Assembly: GCA_052426225.1 (NCBI GenBank)
Contig: JBNJNM010000013.1
Coordinates: 620,001 to 684,000 of the forward strand
From: Zancudomyces culisetae HAW-14-8
Taxonomy: Eukaryota; Fungi; Kickxellomycota
Direction: 5' to 3'
DNA: 64,000 bases
Part shown: positions 58,920 to 64,000 of the stretch, in pieces
How the letters are laid out: every line of letters starts with the position of its first letter
Numbering within the stretch: position 1 is the stretch's first letter
Position numbers and translations under genes: made by a program
The notes under the pieces: generated by a model
Told to the model about the DNA's origin: nothing
Database searches by the model: none
Seen by the model: only the letters and a program-made list of their open reading frames with translations

Positions 58920-61859
58920 CTAATCTGATTCAATATCCGAGTCGTTTCCTCCTGTAGTACTCAACACACGATCATACTCCATTGAGTGCCCACCTTTACG
59001 CTTACCAATACCTTTACCACCACCCAATGGAAACTTATCATTACCTTTTGCCTTCAAAAACTCAAAGTCATAATCCAAAGCATCCTTTGTATCAGTTTGT
59101 ATCCTACTAGCCACATAATTATCATCCTCGCTATCACCGTTTTTTGTAGAGTGGCTGTGGTATGTCTTGCTCTTGCCACCCAAACCCAGCTTCTTCAGTC
59201 CAATCATTTCGGCTTCACCAAATCCACCAGCTTCTGGACTACTACTACGGTCTGAACCAACCGTTGTCCTGCTGCGACCATCAAATCCACCTCCATGAGT
59301 CTGGTTATCCCTGAAATGACGCGGTGAGGAAGACGCATTTAACGTTTTATTATCCAAGGAATCTGGATTGGTGGCATTCGCGGCTTCTACAGCTATATTA
59401 TGAACCATCTTGGAAACACTAGCAGTCGCATTCTGTGCAACCATTTTGGCTGGTCCCCACAAATTCAGATTGTGAATAACAAACACGGTTGCTCCTAACA
59501 ATGCAAGTACAACTAGATACAGTGGATTGAACAAAACCACCATTGCCTCATTCCAGCCCAACAGAATCATCATAATCACTGCCCAGTAAGGAACTTGCGT
59601 CTTTGTCATTACCACCGCGCGTTTTGCTTCCAAGAACATTGTGTCTGCATCACGGCTAAACTTCTTTGAGACTCCGCGCTGCTGGATACTGTTCAGTAGC
59701 ACCAAACTCGACTCCAAATTAAATCGCCTAAGTTGGAATACTGGAAGACGCTCTTCGTACAACGCTTCATCAACACCCGTTGCTGTCTCCTCAGCTACAT
59801 AAAAATAGTCTTGCTTTCCAAGAGTGTTTTTCAGTGCAAAGTTAGTCGAAAGACATCCGATATCAATCGATGAATACAAAGGAAGCAGTGATAAAGCCTC
59901 TGCCTTGGCAGTGGCAAAGCAGCCATCAATATCGTCTCTAGCACTCCATACTTTAGGAATGCCCTTAGCATCATACTTAAACTTGTCTTCAAATCTGTTT
60001 CGAAGCTTCATATGCAACATCTGCTCTCCAAGTTCTTCATTTAAATGCTTAACCAATCCTTCCCAGCACAACTGCCTTAATCTTCTTTTGAGTTTTTGCA
60101 ACTCCACTGCCGCCGCATCTGTATTAGCTGATGCTGCATCTCCATCTACTTTCGTCGAATATTCAAGTCCGAGCTTATCCATTCCAGATACATCAATCTC
60201 CAAATCCAATTCGCCATTTCTTGTAGAATCGACTAGACCCATCAATATTTGTTCCCACATATCTGCACGAGCATCCGCAAGAATCTCTGAAACTTGAGGT
60301 CCGTAGTTGACCATTGCGTTTTTCTGTGCCCTATTCACAATCCTCTCCATTTCAATCATTCTGAGTCTCGCCGTTGCAAAGTCCAATTTCTTGTTCAAGA
60401 GCTCAATGTCATTAGAGTATGTCCACTCAGCATCTTTCAGCATCATTGCTTCTACAACAGACTTGACGTACTCTACAGCCTTTGTCTTTTCTCCCTTGAT
60501 TACCGAACAAAATTCACCACCATATCCTTTTCCTCCCGCTGCTCCTCCTTCATTCATTTCGAGTCGTTTTGCGCTGGTTTCCTCAAAACTGGTTACAGCT
60601 CTAGATATCGCATTTTTAGTTTGCCCGACAAAGACTGTCTGCAACTCGCCGTGAACCGTCGCCAACAACTGTTGTCTCTTTTTTTCGTAAACCGTTTTAT
60701 TATACCTACTTGCCTGTTCATCAAATCGTGACACCGTTTGTGTACGTATTTCTTCAAATTTTTTGCCCATATCCCTAACCACATTTCCCCCTCCTATACT
60801 TATACTCAGCCCCTGTACATTTTCACGGAACGGAATCAGTGCTGCTGCCGATATTTCATCACATCTATATTGTGCCAACAACTCTTGCTGAGTAGGCAAA
60901 TCTAAATCCTTGTTTGAAACCACCTTTTCCCATACTCCTTCTGCATAATGTTGGAATCCATCCGCGGGGACTTGTCTCGAATATTTATCTTTAAAGACAT
61001 AGGTATCATGGCTGGGATCACTGAAATCTAATCTCAGTCTGCGTACTTCGGTGTCGAATCGCTCTGGTTGAAGCAACAGATGTGGCAGCGACGTAAATTG
61101 GATATCAAAATAGTCATCCAATTGCTCATCTTTGAGCTCATCGGGTTTGTTCAACTCGCTCCATATCTTGTGTAAATCCTTAGTAACTGTCTGTCCCAAC
61201 ACTTCGAGCGGTGTTCTACTCACATGATCTCTAATCACGAAATACAACAATGTCTTTGCACCCCTGTTTCTGCCAAACAACATCAAATTAACTTCAAATA
61301 CGGTCTTCAGCAACCCCATGTTGGCACCATTATATAAACCAACCATGTTTTCCCACATGTTTACTATCACCACTTCCGCAATTGCAAGTGAAAACAGCGC
61401 ACTTTTTCTCTCGAAATCTTGATCCTCCCCTCTTTCGCGACCATCTGTACCCTCCACATCAAACACCAACACAGGCATATCACCTCCCCTGTCGCACCAT
61501 ATTCCCTTGGTCGTCTGTTGCCGTTTGCTTTCGTTCATCTCTTTGAAACTTGTCTGGAACAGCCTATTTAGCAATGTACTTTTTCCTGTACTTTGCGACC
61601 CAAACACTGCAACCAAGTTGTAATCAAAACCTGCATCAAAAAGATGCCATTGCTCTTTCATATACTTGGAAACGTCCTTTGAAAAACATTGTTCCTCATC
61701 AATAAGTTGAAGCATCCCTCTTTTTGCTGCTATCTTTGCTGGTTTTGAATTTCCCTTTTCGTAGCTGTACGAATCAAGGTCGTGTTCCTCTGTCACAGGT
61801 GGTCTTTTCTCGGTCCATGAATCCGGAACAACTGCACTATCATCATTTCCGTCTATCAT
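58920..61859 (-). CDS. SEY1: Dynamin-like ER fusion GTPase SEY1/RHD3
   Basis: VFGSQSTGKSTLLN, QTTKGIW, DVEGTDGRERGEDQDFERKSALF, NKDLDLPTQQELLAQYRCDEI and the TM hairpin ILLGWNEAMVVLFNPLY. Confidence 0.96.
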   Translation of the reverse strand: MIDGNDDSAVVPDSWTEKRPPVTEEHDLDSYSYEKGNSKPAKIAAKRGMLQLIDEEQCFSKDVSKYMKEQWHLFDAGFDYNLVAVFGSQSTGKSTLLNRLFQTSFKEMNESKRQQTTKGIWCDRGGDMPVLVFDVEGTDGRERGEDQDFERKSALFSLAIAEVVIVNMWENMVGLYNGANMGLLKTVFEVNLMLFGRNRGAKTLLYFVIRDHVSRTPLEVLGQTVTKDLHKIWSELNKPDELKDEQLDDYFDIQFTSLPHLLLQPERFDTEVRRLRLDFSDPSHDTYVFKDKYSRQVPADGFQHYAEGVWEKVVSNKDLDLPTQQELLAQYRCDEISAAALIPFRENVQGLSISIGGGNVVRDMGKKFEEIRTQTVSRFDEQASRYNKTVYEKKRQQLLATVHGELQTVFVGQTKNAISRAVTSFEETSAKRLEMNEGGAAGGKGYGGEFCSVIKGEKTKAVEYVKSVVEAMMLKDAEWTYSNDIELLNKKLDFATARLRMIEMERIVNRAQKNAMVNYGPQVSEILADARADMWEQILMGLVDSTRNGELDLEIDVSGMDKLGLEYSTKVDGDAASANTDAAAVELQKLKRRLRQLCWEGLVKHLNEELGEQMLHMKLRNRFEDKFKYDAKGIPKVWSARDDIDGCFATAKAEALSLLPLYSSIDIGCLSTNFALKNTLGKQDYFYVAEETATGVDEALYEERLPVFQLRRFNLESSLVLLNSIQQRGVSKKFSRDADTMFLEAKRAVVMTKTQVPYWAVIMMILLGWNEAMVVLFNPLYLVVLALLGATVFVIHNLNLWGPAKMVAQNATASVSKMVHNIAVEAANATNPDSLDNKTLNASSSPRHFRDNQTHGGGFDGRSRTTVGSDRSSSPEAGGFGEAEMIGLKKLGLGGKSKTYHSHSTKNGDSEDDNYVASRIQTDTKDALDYDFEFLKAKGNDKFPLGGGKGIGKRKGGHSMEYDRVLSTTGGNDSDIESD

Positions 61860-62734
61860 CCTTTTATCTTCATTTGCTGGCTTTCCTCTCTTTTCTTTCC
61901 AAATGCACGTTTGCAGTTTATATTATTAGTTCTCCCAAAATTTGTTTAATTTTCACAATCGCTTTTCAAAATACATGTGTCTGCCTCAAATTTGTCCTTT
62001 TTTTTTTTCTGCTAATTGGGATTTACCCTAATATTTTTATCAGCTATTCTATTTGCTGAAACTATCGGGGAATATTGCTGCACCTAAAAATGAACTAGTG
62101 GATACTTGCTCTCTATTTGCCAACTACCCTATTTTTAATCTTTACTTTTCCCATTTATCAAGTAGTTTCTAAACTGCTCATAATTTCACATCAATATCTT
62201 CACAGCCCGATAACAAAAATAGTATATAACAAACCCAAGTACCAAGAACACATTCTAAACTTCTCATGTTTATTAGAAGCTGGTCCTTGTACGTCTTGTG
62301 GACCAAAGTTGTATTTTTTTTTGACTGAATTGACGTGATTGCAACTAAAAGCATGTACTTTCTCTTGCTATTTTTGTTTTTATTTATTTTTTGTAGCGTT
62401 CATTCAGAATTTGCTATTAAAAAAGAAAACAAAAACAAAAACAAAAACAATAGTCCATAAAGCCCAGTTTAAGCATATCTTTGGTTGATTTACGCGCCTG
62501 GTCGTTGAAAACACAGTTTTCTTCCGCCTTTAAATGATGCTATTGCTTACGTGGTGCATGTACCACTTACCATGTGATACACAGTGATGTCTGAAATCAA
62601 CAAGTTCTTATTGTTTTTTTTTTAAACATATCAGCTTCCATTTACACTAAGCAGCTGGTCGCTCCTAGTCTATAAACAATCATCTCATACTCAAAGTATA
62701 AAAACTCAAAACTAGAACAACTTTCCAAGCGCTA

Positions 62735-63500
62735 TCAGTCGTCTACTTGCGCTATCCTCGTCTCAAACTGTTCCTCTACTCCGTTAATCAAATCGAATGG
62801 TATGTCTTTGAAGACCAATAGATGCTTTTTTATATATACTGTAACAACCTTGTGCTTTATCACATATAATACTGCATAGCTCAAGCTCTCCTCTAAAGTA
62901 TGCTGCTCCTCTAGCATCCTTTCTTATAATCATTGCCTTTGTGGACACCTATCACATATAAACATAGATTAAGCATCAAATAAGAGCTCACTCCACAAAA
63001 AAAGCAAAGAAATAAAAGTAAACAAAAACTAAACAAAAAAAGGGGAACATCAGAATAGCAGCGAAAAGGAATCAGGTAGCTAGCTACAATCATTTCTTAA
63101 TATCTCGACACATTCTCCCAATCGGTGTAGATTATCCCTCATTATTATTTTCAGCTTTCCTTCAACCCTGAAGGTACAGATACCCGCTCTTTGTGTTTTA
63201 CTCAGAGTACGTTTTAAACTGTAGAATATCAGAGGATATGTGGAAGAACGAACAATGGTGGTCGAGTTTTGCCACATGATTTCTTGACTTTGTATATAGC
63301 CTGGAGAAAATTTCTCGATATTGTGGCTTGCTTTTACTCAGAACTGCACTTTATTTTTTGGGTGCCATTTAGCCAATAAAATATCAGGATTTAGTGGTCT
63401 ATTCCAATCACACTTGTTTTACGCTCGATTTAATCCCGCTGTGTTTGCGTTCATTACCAACTATATGTCTGTTTCTATTTCTTTGCTTTGGGTGCATTCT
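62735..63500 (-). pseudogene. Possible degraded gene (unidentified)
   Basis: One minus-strand frame runs about 140 codons with three internal stops into ORF 63277-63080. It is followed by an intron-like T-rich tract ending TGATAG and another open stretch. No family recognised. Confidence 0.2.
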
Positions 63501-64000
63501 AGAAAAAAAAAAACACTTCAACTAATTTTAGAGGATGGGAATGACCCATAATTATTTTTTTTTTGTTTGCTTGTTTTTCTAATTTCTTTCGTAGGCTATA
63601 ACTGTTTCAGGTATCCTTTTCACAAAATATTAAAAACGGAGCCAAATCAAGGGCCTCTCTGAACACTTGATGCTAATTTTGGTTTTCAAATCACTTGGTC
63701 TTATTTGATAAAAATTACATAAATCACTTTTTTTACTTTTGTTTTTTTTATGTGTACTCTTATAGCCTTTCCGATGTGTGATATTTGCATGGGCCCAAAC
63801 TTTTGTATATATTTTTTGGCATTTAAATCCCAACAAATTCGGAGCGTGGATATTCACATAAATATTTATCCAATTCCAAGCTCGAAATACACTTTTTTTT
63901 ATTTTTTAAACTACGAACACTAAAATACGCTTTTAAAGAGAAACATATTTCTTTGCTAGTTTTTTAGTCATCTATAGAATCTCGTAGTAAACGACAAGAT

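Noticed and set aside
62534-62594. Possible box C/D snoRNA (ATGATGC...CTGA)
   Set aside because: Imperfect C box, weak terminal stem and no rRNA-complementary guide that I could identify.
63611-63620. GTATCCTTTT, a perfect U12-type 5' splice-site match (weaker GTATCCTG at about 16188)
   Set aside because: No U12 branch site (TCCTTAAC-like) downstream and no host exon structure; all reconstructed introns are U2-type.
1-64000. Selenoprotein or SECIS search, since some early-diverging fungi use selenocysteine
   Set aside because: No conserved gene has an in-frame TGA at a Cys position, the TGA-ending genes stop at normal C-termini, and I recognised no SECIS or tRNA-Sec by eye. A SECISearch/Secmarker run would be decisive.
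1-64000. CRISPR arrays, intact transposons, rRNA, prokaryotic operons
   Set aside because: No repeat-spacer arrays, no transposase/RT/integrase ORFs and no rRNA motifs; the DNA is clearly spliceosomal eukaryotic.

Overview
This is eukaryotic, AT-rich, compact fungal DNA with spliceosomal introns. A GT15/KRE2 mannosyltransferase, PAM17, PTM1 and SWF1 point to a fungus. A plant-type YbaK protein and a Myb/U-box protein suggest an early-diverging lineage, possibly Zoopagomycota such as Harpellales (inference only). I can build 20 protein-coding genes, 11 of them spliced by hand with 36 introns: RSM7, YbaK-domain, SDS22, Cep57/Ppc89-like, an orphan, APS3, PIH1-domain, bL31m, PTM1, CUE-Myb-U-box, SWF1, long-chain acyl-CoA synthetase, GLY1, NBP35, PAM17, NDUFAF4-like, KTR/KRE2, RPA135, ACSS3/PrpE-like and SEY1. 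There are also one or two probable decayed genes, several microsatellites and two long gene-free stretches (1-4600 and 22006-30747). I recognised no tRNA, rRNA, CRISPR array or intact transposon. The most unusual signals are: (i) strong multi-kb purine/pyrimidine (G vs C) strand-skew domains that ignore gene orientation and flip inside single ORFs, reversing synonymous codon choice midway through RPA135; (ii) 3' splice sites ending in an A-rich AAATAG (15 of 36 introns) rather than a polypyrimidine tract; (iii) a CUE/UBA-like + Myb + U-box protein; (iv) an ACSS3/PrpE-like ligase ending in a peroxisomal SKL signal. Family assignments come from recalled motifs, not database searches.
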